From: an uncultured beta proteobacterium
Lineage (GTDB): Bacteria; Pseudomonadota; Gammaproteobacteria; Burkholderiales; SG8-41
Direction: 5' to 3'
NCBI GenBank assembly: GCA_942492335.1
Contig: CALOEN010000021.1
Location: 135,155-199,154 of the forward strand
Length of the DNA: 64,000 nucleotides
Shown here: one piece after another, positions 26,744-35,521 of the stretch
Layout of the letters: the number at the start of each line of letters is the position of its first letter
Position numbering within the stretch: the stretch's first letter is position 1
Position numbers and translations under genes: made by a program
Notes under the pieces: model-generated
Seen by the model: the letters and a program-made list of their open reading frames with translations, nothing else
What the model was told of the DNA's origin: nothing
The model's database searches: none

Positions 26744-27514
26744 TCAGTGGCGCGCCAGCGCCTTCTGCTCTTTCACATACTGCCGCAGCACTTCGCCGGT
26801 CCTGCCCCAGGACTGGGTGCGCGGCTTGAACACCATCATCAACCCCATTTTCATGGGTCCGAGTATCGGCATGCGCGCCAGGAATTTCACTATCTTGCCT
26901 TGCTTCAGCAGCGGCCATTTGTTCATGCGCGCGACCAGGATGCCGAGCCAGCCATTCTTCACCAGATCAACGATGTCCTCCCCGGTTTTCTTGAAGAAAT
27001 TATGGATGACCTCGGTATCTTCGATGCGGCCGCGCTCCAGGCACTGGCGCGCAAACTCCTCGTCGAACAGCGTCGAGTTTGATTTGGGCGCGTGGCCTTC
27101 GGCTTCCATCCAGTGCTGCAGCGCCTTCATCACGCCTTCCGGCCGCACGTCCTTGGGGCAGATGTTAGTGCACTTATTGCACGACACGCACTGCCAGATA
27201 ATGTCCCTGTCCTTGAGCAGCTCGTCCTTCATGCCGAGGTTGACGAGATAAATCCAGTAGCGCGGGTTGAAGTCGGTATTGATCGCGTACATGGTGCAGG
27301 CATTGGTGCACGAACCGCACTGCCAGCAGCGATGCACGTTCTCGCCGCCGCCATAGCTCTGTATGGTCTTGTAGAAATCCGGATCATAGTCGCTGATATA
27401 ACGCGGCTTGATCATCGTGTTCCAGTGCCCGGAAACATCGACGCCGTCCACCACCAGCTTGTCGCTGGTGATCAGGTCTTCAGGCGCGATCAGCGATTTT
27501 TCATGTATGGCCAT
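26744..27514 (-). CDS. shdrC2: sHdrC2 (4Fe-4S dicluster subunit)
   Basis: CWQCGSCTNACTM and CVSCNKCTNICP ferredoxin-type motifs. Confidence 0.88.
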   Translation of the reverse strand: MAIHEKSLIAPEDLITSDKLVVDGVDVSGHWNTMIKPRYISDYDPDFYKTIQSYGGGENVHRCWQCGSCTNACTMYAINTDFNPRYWIYLVNLGMKDELLKDRDIIWQCVSCNKCTNICPKDVRPEGVMKALQHWMEAEGHAPKSNSTLFDEEFARQCLERGRIEDTEVIHNFFKKTGEDIVDLVKNGWLGILVARMNKWPLLKQGKIVKFLARMPILGPMKMGLMMVFKPRTQSWGRTGEVLRQYVKEQKALARH

Positions 27515-27532
27515 TGCATCAACCTCTAGTCA

Positions 27533-28423
27533 TCATTGCCTTGCACCGGCGCTCTCCATGCCGGTTTTCCTGACGCGCGAGCGCCCTGCGGCAGGCGGGG
27601 TGTCGATCCCCAGCAGTTTTCTCATCTGTTCATACGCCGGTCCGCCGCGGCCGAAATCAGCGCCGAGGCTGCCTTCCGTGACCGAACGGAAATAAGTGGT
27701 GTAGGCCTCGGCCATCACCAGGTCGATCCAGTACGGAATATCGCGGTAAATGCCTTGTTCCGCAATCTGCTCCGCCAGCCACTTGCGCCCGCCTTCGAAC
27801 AATTCGGGCGTGTTGTTGAAGGGAATTTCTCCCATGGCATCCGAACCGCGGATGAATTCGCGCAGCGCCCCGCTTTGCGTGCTCTGGTCCCATACCCAGC
27901 GCGACATCAGCGGATACTTTTCCGGATCGTTGAAATGCACCAGTTCCGATGCAAAATCCCATGCCGCACGTCTTACTTTGGCCGCCGCATTGATGCTGTC
28001 CCGACCCATGCCCTCCGCCCCCGGCATGGCATCAACAAACCCCTGGATACGGCTGCCCAGCGGCGCGGCGCCGTACAATAATTCTCCGACCAGGGCGGCT
28101 GCGCATGCGACACCCATAGACTCCAACGCCGGAAACATGCGGCGGCGCGCGGTGAACACACGATCAAGCAAAGACTCGAGGTCGTCCAGCGTCAACCGCT
28201 CAAGCCGGGATCGCTCCAGCAGTTCGGCATAAGCGTGGTGCTTGGCGCCCAGGCTTGCCAGATAGGCTTCGATCCCGCCGTCCTGCTCTACCGTCGCCAG
28301 CATCCGGGTAAAGTAGAGCTTGAACAGTTCGCGGTCGAGCGCCAGCGGCAACTCGGCCGGCCTGATCTGATCGGCGATCACGGGTAACGCTGCCGCCTCG
28401 GGCTGTTTCTTGAACCAGAACAT
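27533..28423 (-). CDS. shdrH: sHdrH (conserved hypothetical 'hyp' of the shdrC1B1AHC2B2 set)
   Basis: Position between shdrA and shdrC2; 296 aa with no cofactor motif. Matches the canonical gene order. Confidence 0.75.
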   Translation of the reverse strand: MFWFKKQPEAAALPVIADQIRPAELPLALDRELFKLYFTRMLATVEQDGGIEAYLASLGAKHHAYAELLERSRLERLTLDDLESLLDRVFTARRRMFPALESMGVACAAALVGELLYGAAPLGSRIQGFVDAMPGAEGMGRDSINAAAKVRRAAWDFASELVHFNDPEKYPLMSRWVWDQSTQSGALREFIRGSDAMGEIPFNNTPELFEGGRKWLAEQIAEQGIYRDIPYWIDLVMAEAYTTYFRSVTEGSLGADFGRGGPAYEQMRKLLGIDTPPAAGRSRVRKTGMESAGARQ

Positions 28424-29472
28424 CAGGCCGCTTTTTGTCCCATGCCGGAAAGATCCCCCACCGCACGCATGGCCATGGCCAGCCCGTGAGAAATACTGGT
28501 GTCGATGTCTTCCGGCGCGAGCGCCGAACCGCCGACATAGATGCCGCGCCGCGTGCTGGCAAAACTGCTGGTGTACTGCTCGCCGCGGTCCAGGAACCCG
28601 TGCTTCTCGAGACCGACACCGAATACTTTCGCGATCTGTGGATTGTCGAGATTGGGGTCCATGCCGATCGCATGCACCACCAGGTCCATCGGAATCACGA
28701 TCGGGCGCTTGACCAGCGTATCCTCGCCCTTGACCAGCAACCGCTTGTCCGGGCCCTGGGTCACCTCGGCGATGCGTGCCTTCACGAACTTGGTGCGGAA
28801 TTCCTCCTGCGCCCGCCAGTAGTACTTGTCCTCGTAGAGTCCGAAGGTGCGGATATCCATGTAGTAGATGAACACGTCGGTCTTGGGCGAGAGTTCCTTG
28901 ATTTCCATCGCCAGATTTGTCGAGACCGTGCAGCAGATTTTAGAGCACCACTCGCGTCCGATCTGGCGGTCACGCGAACCGACGCACAGCAGGATGCACA
29001 CCCGCTCCGGCACGCGGCCGTCCGACGGGCAGGCGATCTTGCCGGCGGACACCATCTGCTCGACCTGGGTCGTGGTCACGACATCTTCATAGGTGCCGAA
29101 GCCCCACTCGGGCTTGTTGATGGAATCGAAATGGGTGAAGCCGGTGCCCAGGATGATCGCTCCGGCGTGGACGGTCTGGCCATTGGATAGCGTCGCGGTA
29201 AAATTGCCGAAATCGCCATCGACCTTGGTCACGGTTGCACTTTTGTGGATGGTGATCCGCGAGTCGTCCTCGACCCGCTTGACCATGCGGCCGATCGCGT
29301 CCTTCGCCCACTCGCCGGAAGGCACGAGCTTGGCGTACCCTGAAAGAATCGGTGCGCCGCCCAGCTTGCTCTCTTTTTCGACCAGCACCACTTTCTTGCC
29401 GACCGAGGCCACGCCCGCTGCAGCCGACAGGCCGGTTGGACCGGCGCCGACAACCAATACCGTTTCGTTCAT
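28423..29472 (-). CDS. shdrA: sHdrA (FAD/FeS flavoprotein subunit)
   Basis: MNETVLVVGAGPTGLSAAAG (dinucleotide fold). Cys cluster CVGSRD...CSKICC. Confidence 0.9.
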   Translation of the reverse strand: MNETVLVVGAGPTGLSAAAGVASVGKKVVLVEKESKLGGAPILSGYAKLVPSGEWAKDAIGRMVKRVEDDSRITIHKSATVTKVDGDFGNFTATLSNGQTVHAGAIILGTGFTHFDSINKPEWGFGTYEDVVTTTQVEQMVSAGKIACPSDGRVPERVCILLCVGSRDRQIGREWCSKICCTVSTNLAMEIKELSPKTDVFIYYMDIRTFGLYEDKYYWRAQEEFRTKFVKARIAEVTQGPDKRLLVKGEDTLVKRPIVIPMDLVVHAIGMDPNLDNPQIAKVFGVGLEKHGFLDRGEQYTSSFASTRRGIYVGGSALAPEDIDTSISHGLAMAMRAVGDLSGMGQKAA

Positions 29473-29493
29473 TCTTCTCTCCGTGAGATGGGG

Positions 29494-29549
29494 GGCGTAA
29501 GGCGTGAGGCGTTTTAACGCGCGAGGCTTTACGCCTCACCCCTCACGCT
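29494..29549. repeat. Inverted repeat built from GCGT(A/G)AG units in the shdrB1-shdrA spacer
   Basis: GTGAGGCGT (29504..29512) pairs with ACGCCTCAC (29531..29539). Tandem GCGTAAG-GCGTGAG on the left, CCTCAC-CCCTCAC-GCTTCAC on the right. Starts right after the shdrB1 stop. Confidence 0.65.
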
Positions 29550-30890
29550 TCACCGACTAATTGCAAGTGCCGGATCGTACAGATACTCGATCCGCCCGGC
29601 TTCGACTTCTTTCAGGTAGGCCTCGAAATTTTTCTTGGCCTCGGTCCACGAAATGCCCATTTTCTCTACCACTTCCTCGCACGGGCTGGCGTGCCACTGC
29701 AATTGCACGATCTTGAGCGGGTCGGCGCCGCAGGCGAGTGCTGCGAACTGGATGTCGGCCATGATGGGCACCGAGAAGTTCTTCTCGTGCGCCTTGCCTA
29801 TCCACTGATTCTTGTCCATGGTGGTGATGCAGCCGGTATCGATGCCGAGCATGACGTCGGCGTTGGCTTCCTCGCGCGCGACCTTGATCTTGCGGTCCAT
29901 GGTGAAGGAACGCGTGAACTCGCGTTCGGAAATAATATGGCGGAAACCGAAGCCGCAGCAATCGTACCAGGTCGAGTAGTCGATCACCTGGGCGCCCAGC
30001 GCCTGGGCCACCGATGTGCCGACCGCAGTGCGGTTGCCGCCGAGCACGGTCGGGTCATAAATCGCATCCTCGTGCACCATTTTGTAATAGTGGCACGCGG
30101 TATGCACCGTGGTGCGGATGTTTGAAACATCGATCGTCTGAAGTTCGGAGGCGATGCGGTTGCGCATCACGTGCACCCATTCCGAGTAATGCACGATTTC
30201 TTCCGGGATCACGAGTTTGCCGTCGACCAGGCGCCCGAGTTTGGCGAGAATCTTGCGCACTTTCTCGCGCAGTTCAGGCGACTCGATCAGATATTTTCGC
30301 ACTTCCTTGTAGTTGCCGTAGGACGTGCCACAGTGCACCAGCGGGAAGAAATGGCCCGGCTCGTGACCATGATTCTTGCCTGAAACGTACGCCTGATGGA
30401 AGTTGCGCAGGAACACCGCGGCGAGCGACTCGATATTGCCGATGCCCGAGCCGTGGTAATTCCACGCCGTGCACGAAGTCTGATCGGTCTCGTCGAGATA
30501 GTCTGTGCCCGGGACCATGCCCAGCTTGTTCATGGTCCACAGCAGCGCAGTCGGGTAGCCGGGAATGTTGCCGCACTGGCCGCACGATTTGTGGTGCCAC
30601 AACTGCATGGTGGGTATTTTCTTGTTCCAGCCGAACAGCGTCTGAACGTCGATCGGTTGATGCGCATCCGATATGCGGTGGACGATGATCTCGCCCTCTT
30701 TCTCCAGCGCCCACATATGGTCACGCACATCATCCATGCGTTCGCTCAGATCCATGGTGCGGCGATCGACGTGCTTGCGCACCCACTCCGTAGCCTTGGC
30801 CGCTTCCTCCGGCGCCAGATTCGTCGGCTGGAAAAAACTGCCGTGGCCGGCCGTGCCGGTGCCATCGCTGGGATACTGTTCAGTCGTCAT
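29550..30890 (-). CDS. shdrB1: sHdrB1 (CCG-domain catalytic subunit)
   Basis: Start MTTEQYPSDG (GGAGGAG RBS, ATG 30890). CCG-type motifs CTAWNYHG and DCCGFGFRH. Confidence 0.88.
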   Translation of the reverse strand: MTTEQYPSDGTGTAGHGSFFQPTNLAPEEAAKATEWVRKHVDRRTMDLSERMDDVRDHMWALEKEGEIIVHRISDAHQPIDVQTLFGWNKKIPTMQLWHHKSCGQCGNIPGYPTALLWTMNKLGMVPGTDYLDETDQTSCTAWNYHGSGIGNIESLAAVFLRNFHQAYVSGKNHGHEPGHFFPLVHCGTSYGNYKEVRKYLIESPELREKVRKILAKLGRLVDGKLVIPEEIVHYSEWVHVMRNRIASELQTIDVSNIRTTVHTACHYYKMVHEDAIYDPTVLGGNRTAVGTSVAQALGAQVIDYSTWYDCCGFGFRHIISEREFTRSFTMDRKIKVAREEANADVMLGIDTGCITTMDKNQWIGKAHEKNFSVPIMADIQFAALACGADPLKIVQLQWHASPCEEVVEKMGISWTEAKKNFEAYLKEVEAGRIEYLYDPALAISR

Positions 30891-30987
30891 GGTTCTACTC
30901 CTCCGGACGCATTTGTTCATCCTGTGTGCTTATCGTTTCGAAGCGCTGCTCGATATCAGGAAATTTGCCGAAAGCAAATAGTCTAGA

Positions 30988-31677
30988 CTACTCGTCCTTG
31001 TCCTCTTGTTCCGCCAGCGACTCCTCGTACTCTTCCCGCTTTTCATCGATGAAATCCTCGATGACGTCGTACAGATTCTCGTCCATCACGGCCAGGGACT
31101 TCAGCACCCCGGTCATTTCCCAGATGGTGTACATCTCGACCGACGTCTTGAGCGACACCTCCCACGCGGTATCGGTGGTCTGCAAGGTGCGCATCGGTAT
31201 GGCCTTGCGCAGCGTCTTGAGGTTGCCTTCCACCTTCTGGATGTTGGGGCCCCAGTCGGGGAAATGATCGGGTTGTATCATGTCCGGCGAAAGCTGGTTA
31301 CCGGTGGTGATGAGCTTCAGCATCACGCGCCCGAATGGTCGCAGCACGTCTTTCGCCGACTGCATGCCGTGCTTGATCGCAACTTCGCGCATGATTGCGA
31401 CCAGGCCTCCCGGCGAGTTCTTGAACGGGCAGCGTGCGGCACAGGTCATGCACTGGGCGCAGGCCCAGATCTTCTCCTGCATTGCATCGTAGATCTGCTC
31501 GACGTTCTCGGTCCACAGTAACTGCACGATTTCGCGCGGACTGTAATCATAGAAATGCGCGGACGGACAGGTCGCCGTACAGATGCCGCAGTTCAGGCAG
31601 CCGTTGAGCTCGTGCTCGTAGCGGAAATCACTTTTGATGTCCGCCAGGACTTCCTGCATTTCGGCATAAGTCGCCAT
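30988..31677 (-). CDS. shdrC1: sHdrC1 (4Fe-4S dicluster subunit)
   Basis: CLNCGICTATCP and CAQCMTCAARCP motifs. First Hdr gene after tusA. Confidence 0.88.
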   Translation of the reverse strand: MATYAEMQEVLADIKSDFRYEHELNGCLNCGICTATCPSAHFYDYSPREIVQLLWTENVEQIYDAMQEKIWACAQCMTCAARCPFKNSPGGLVAIMREVAIKHGMQSAKDVLRPFGRVMLKLITTGNQLSPDMIQPDHFPDWGPNIQKVEGNLKTLRKAIPMRTLQTTDTAWEVSLKTSVEMYTIWEMTGVLKSLAVMDENLYDVIEDFIDEKREEYEESLAEQEDKDE

Positions 31678-31700
31678 GCTTCAGACCCGGGCTTTGCCGC

Positions 31701-31929
31701 TTATTTCCGTTTCATGAAGAAAATGAATTCTTTCTCGGCCGTGTCCGATGACAACAGTTCATTTCCGGTCTGCTTGCAGAATGCCTGGAAATCCTTGACC
31801 GACCCCGGATCCGTGGCCAGGATCTTCAGCACCTGCCCCGATGTCATGTCGGTCAACGCTTTTTTTGGCCCGGAGTATGGGAAGCGGGCAATTCAGGCCC
31901 CGTGCATCAAGTTCTTTATCGAATTGCAT
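31701..31929 (-). pseudogene. tusA: TusA-family sulfur carrier, reading frame broken by a 1-nt excess in an A7 run (or an assembly error)
   Basis: ATG 31929: MQFDKELDARGLNCPLPILRAKK, the TusA Cys-Pro-x-Pro motif. After the T7/A7 run at 31860..31866 the frame shifts. The -1 frame continues ...TDMTSGQVLKILATDPGSVKDFQAFCKQTGNELLSSDTAEKEFIFFMKRK*. Both halves are under 60 aa, so neither appears in the track. Confidence 0.8.
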
Positions 31930-31958
31930 GGCGTATCCTCACATTAATAATTAGTTTA

Positions 31959-31999
31959 CAATTAAACTCTAATATACTGTTAATTGCCGCCGGTCGCAA
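31959..31999 (-). promoter_or_regulatory. Candidate sigma70 promoter of the tusA-shdr operon (TTGCGA-N17-TATATT) overlapped by a 7-bp inverted repeat
   Basis: Minus-sense TTGCGA (31999..31994), 17-nt spacer, TATATT (31976..31971). CAATTAA (31959..31965) and TTAATTG (31980..31986) flank the -10 region and the predicted start site. Confidence 0.4.
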
Positions 32000-32280
32000 G
32001 ACACCCTCGATGTCGTGCGCTGTGGACTGATGCAGCATGCGCGGAATCGGGCTGGGCGACTTTTACTTTCTGTGATCTGATTTAATTATAAGCGCATAAG
32101 CACAGCGTGGCGGCGCTAAACTCTTAATCCATTATCGCCCTGAATCCAGAATGGTTATTTCCCATACCGAACCATGTAGCGCACTCTGAACCGGGATAGA
32201 GGGTCGTCCGCTTCATCAGAATGGACGCGCAAGTCCCTGACCGGTTCCAGTCAGGTTATCCTGACAGTTTGAATTTCCTG

Positions 32281-32667
32281 ATGGCACGAACGGAACGGCC
32301 CGGGAGTTTGGTTTTATTTTACCTGCCCGGCCACAAAGCACGGTCCCCGCACTGGAAAGCTATGGACAAAAACGACTTCAAACCCGACACCCGTTACACG
32401 ATCACCTGGCAGGCACCCGATGGCAAAGTGCAGCCGGCGAATATCTACGTCTATCGTGTTTATGATGCCTTCATGGTGACGCGCCTGACCGGCGCCGACG
32501 GGCTGCTGCGGAAAATCACCTATCCCGAGATACTGAAAATTGTTGCGGCGAAAGCAATCGAGCCCAACCAGCGCTACGCCGTGCCCGCGCCGCTGCTGGA
32601 TGAAAAAACATGGCGCGATCGCGCGGTCATGGAGCACTACTCGAGTTCACCACGGCTCGGGAAGTAG
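32281..32667 (+). CDS. Hypothetical protein; start ambiguous (ATG at 32221, 32281 or 32362)
   Basis: ORF 32221..32667. The conserved-looking core starts near MDKNDFKPDTRYTITWQAPDGKVQPANIYVYRV. No family recognised. Confidence 0.45.
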   Translation: MARTERPGSLVLFYLPGHKARSPHWKAMDKNDFKPDTRYTITWQAPDGKVQPANIYVYRVYDAFMVTRLTGADGLLRKITYPEILKIVAAKAIEPNQRYAVPAPLLDEKTWRDRAVMEHYSSSPRLGK

Positions 32668-32692
32668 CCGTCGTGCACCGCGCGGCGGCGCG

Positions 32693-34021
32693 TTAAAAAA
32701 CGCTGATGTTTCGTTCCGCCAGCAGTTGTGACAACCGCGTGTTGGCCATGGTCAGGCGCTCAACCAGCAACTCAAGAAATGCGCCATGGAAATGATGCCG
32801 GCAGATTTCCGAGGCCTGCGCCAGGGTTTCGGCGCGGATTTCAATCGCCGTGATGTCCGACATTGAAATGACGCTCGCCGAACGCTGAAATTTCTGCTTG
32901 CCGAGATAGGCCATTTCACCAAAGCATTCGCCAGATTTGAGCACATTTAGCAGTCGGTCGCTCTTGATGACCTTGACCTCACCTTCCGCGAGGATAAAGA
33001 AAGATGATCCGACGTCGCCTTCCTGTATCAGCTCCGCATCCCGCGGATGCTTGCGCCAGACCGCGAGCCGCAGCACCTCCCATAGCTCGACATCGCTGAA
33101 AAAACGGAAAAACCCGAGCTTGCGCAGCGTATCGAACTTTTCACTTTCCGGCACCCCTTCGCGCGGCTTCTTTTGCCCGCCGAGAGCGGACACCAGATCA
33201 TGGGTGAATTCTTCCCAGCTTTGGTAGCGGTCGGCGGTTGCTTTTTCCAGTGCGCGTTTCACGATCACGTCTATCCGCGGCGGCACTTCATTGCGAAACT
33301 CGCTCGGCGGCGGAGGGTCCACATTGATGATCTGGTAAATCATGCTGAAGTTGTTGGTGCCGTGAAAAGGCAGCTTGCCTGTAAGCAACTGGTACATCAC
33401 CACGCCCATAGAAAAAATGTCGGTCTGATGCGTCAGCGGCAGTTCCTTGACCTGTTCGGGCGACATGTACGCGGGCGAACCGACCCCCGTCACCTGGGTG
33501 GTTTGCGAGGTCAGCGTTAACGCCGCGCCGAAATCGGATATTTTGATGTCGGACTCGCCTGACATCAGGATATTTGCGGGTTTGATATCGCGATGGATCA
33601 CGCCCTGGCGCGCTGCATAATCCAGTGCGCGCGCACTTTTGAAAATGATTTCGACAATCAACTGGATGGGCAGCAGGTTATCGAAGCTCGTGAATTTCTC
33701 CAGCGTGGAACCGTCGACATATTCCATTACGATGTAGCTTGCCTCGTCATCGGCCACCGCGTCATAAATCGCGACGATATGCGGGTGCGAGAGCTTGCCT
33801 GCCAGCGATGCTTCGGTCACAAACAGTTTGCGGTAGCGTTTGCCGAGTTCATTGTCCTTGAGCGCTTCGGCCAACACCACCTTGATCGCGACATGGCGGT
33901 TCTGGAAAGGATCGACGGCTTCGTAAACAACGCTGGTTGCGCCCTTGCCGAGTTCCTTGATGATTTCGTATTTGCCGATTTTCTGCATGGATTCAGGCTC
34001 CGGTGAACGCCTGATATTCAA
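32693..34021 (-). CDS. Hanks-type Ser/Thr protein kinase fused to a C-terminal cyclic-nucleotide-binding domain
   Basis: Kinase motifs: GKGATSVVYEA...VAIK, HRDIKPANIL, DFGAA, SPAYMSPE. cNMP domain: FFILAEGEVKV...GECFGEMAYL...RSASV. Confidence 0.88.
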   Translation of the reverse strand: MNIRRSPEPESMQKIGKYEIIKELGKGATSVVYEAVDPFQNRHVAIKVVLAEALKDNELGKRYRKLFVTEASLAGKLSHPHIVAIYDAVADDEASYIVMEYVDGSTLEKFTSFDNLLPIQLIVEIIFKSARALDYAARQGVIHRDIKPANILMSGESDIKISDFGAALTLTSQTTQVTGVGSPAYMSPEQVKELPLTHQTDIFSMGVVMYQLLTGKLPFHGTNNFSMIYQIINVDPPPPSEFRNEVPPRIDVIVKRALEKATADRYQSWEEFTHDLVSALGGQKKPREGVPESEKFDTLRKLGFFRFFSDVELWEVLRLAVWRKHPRDAELIQEGDVGSSFFILAEGEVKVIKSDRLLNVLKSGECFGEMAYLGKQKFQRSASVISMSDITAIEIRAETLAQASEICRHHFHGAFLELLVERLTMANTRLSQLLAERNISVF

Positions 34022-34144
34022 ACGAACACAATATCATAATTGGCATTCTCTCTGTCGTTTCTTAAACCCGAATTGGCATGATATGGTTGCGTCGTTAAAT
34101 AATCCACATTCCCTCTATACGCCGCGGCCAGGGATCTCCGACTG

Positions 34145-35512
34145 ATGATCATCGACGACAAACTCCCTCCTCCGCCCAAAGTCTCCCTGGGTATAGCGTT
34201 CCGCTACTGGCTCAGGCTGGGATTGATCAGCTTCGGCGGGCCCGCCGGGCAAATTTCCATCATGCATCAGGACCTGGTCGAGCGTAAGCGCTGGATTTCG
34301 GAGCGCCGCTTCCTGCATGCGCTCAACTATTGCATGGTGCTGCCGGGCCCCGAGGCGCAGCAGCTGGCAACCTATATCGGCTGGATGATGCACAAGACCT
34401 GGGGCGGCGTCATCGCCGGCGGCCTGTTTGTTTTGCCGTCGCTGCTGATCCTGATTGCGCTGTCGTGGATTTACATGGCGTTCGGCAATGTGCCGGCGGT
34501 CGCGGGCATACTTTACGGAATAAAACCGGCAGTGACTGCCATCGTCGTGTTTGCGGCTTACCGCATCGGCACCCGGGCGCTGAAGAACAGCGTGTTGTGG
34601 ACCATGGCCGCGGCAGCGTTCATCGCCATTTTCGCGATCAAGATACCGTTCCCGGTGATCGTGATCAGCGCCGGCATCATCGGTTTCATCGGCGGCCGCT
34701 GGGCGCCGGACAAGTTTGCCACCGGCGGCGGTCACGGCGCCGCCGACAAGCATTTCGGCGCTGCGCTGATCGATGATGATACGCCGACGCCGGAGCACGC
34801 CTTGTTCAAATGGCCGCGGTTCGTCCGAATCTGCGCCGCCGCGCTGCTGCTATGGGGCGGCGCGATGGCGGCGCTGCTCGCGCTCTACGGCTGGGAAGGC
34901 ACGCTCACCCAAATGGGTTGGTTCTTCACCAAGGCCGCCCTGCTGACATTCGGCGGTGCCTACGCCGTGCTGCCTTACGTCTACCAGGGCGGCGTCGAGC
35001 ACTATGAGTGGTTGAGTGCTGCGCAGATGATCGATGGCCTGGCGCTGGGCGAGACCACGCCGGGGCCGCTGATCATGGTGGTCGCGTTCGTCGGCTTCGT
35101 CGGTGGCTGGGCCAAGGAAGTATTTGGGCCTGACAATCTGTTTGTTGCGGGCGCCGTCGCTGCCGCTGTGGTCACCTACTTCACTTTCCTCCCGAGTTTT
35201 ATATTCATCCTGCTCGGCGCGCCACTGGTCGAATCCACGCACGGTGAATTGAAGTTCACCGCGCCGCTGACCGGCATCACCGCCGCGGTGGTGGGCGTGA
35301 TCCTCAACCTCGCGGTATTTTTCGCATGGCACGTGCTGTGGCCTGAAGCGACTGACGCCATGCCGTTCTCCGGGCCGTTCGAATGGGCAACGCTCGCGAT
35401 CGGCACCGCCGCGTTCATCGCGCTGTTTCGGTTCAAGGCCGGCATCATCCCGCTGATCGGCGCGTGTGCTGCAGCGGGCCTGATCTATACCCTGGCCAAG
35501 CCGCTGCTATAA
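34145..35512 (+). CDS. chrA: Chromate transporter (CHR family, duplicated-domain ChrA)
   Basis: ISFGGPAGQISIMHQDLVERKRWISERRFLHALNYCMVLPGPEAQQLATYIGW. The second half has FGGAYAVLPYV...LALGETTPGPLIMV. Confidence 0.9.
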   Translation: MIIDDKLPPPPKVSLGIAFRYWLRLGLISFGGPAGQISIMHQDLVERKRWISERRFLHALNYCMVLPGPEAQQLATYIGWMMHKTWGGVIAGGLFVLPSLLILIALSWIYMAFGNVPAVAGILYGIKPAVTAIVVFAAYRIGTRALKNSVLWTMAAAAFIAIFAIKIPFPVIVISAGIIGFIGGRWAPDKFATGGGHGAADKHFGAALIDDDTPTPEHALFKWPRFVRICAAALLLWGGAMAALLALYGWEGTLTQMGWFFTKAALLTFGGAYAVLPYVYQGGVEHYEWLSAAQMIDGLALGETTPGPLIMVVAFVGFVGGWAKEVFGPDNLFVAGAVAAAVVTYFTFLPSFIFILLGAPLVESTHGELKFTAPLTGITAAVVGVILNLAVFFAWHVLWPEATDAMPFSGPFEWATLAIGTAAFIALFRFKAGIIPLIGACAAAGLIYTLAKPLL

Positions 35513-35521
35513 GGAGGTCAA

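Noticed and set aside
24928-29549. Whether the short tandem units in the sHdr spacers are a CRISPR array or a mobile element.
   Set aside because: The units are 7-8 nt, with only 2-3 copies, no unique spacers, and are paired with their own inverted copies. No cas or transposase genes are present. Treated as structured intercistronic RNA or REP-like repeats.
31555-31947. 130-aa plus-strand ORF spanning the shdrC1 start and tusA.
   Set aside because: It is antisense to two recognisable genes and has no motifs. It probably masked the frameshifted tusA, whose halves are each under 60 aa.
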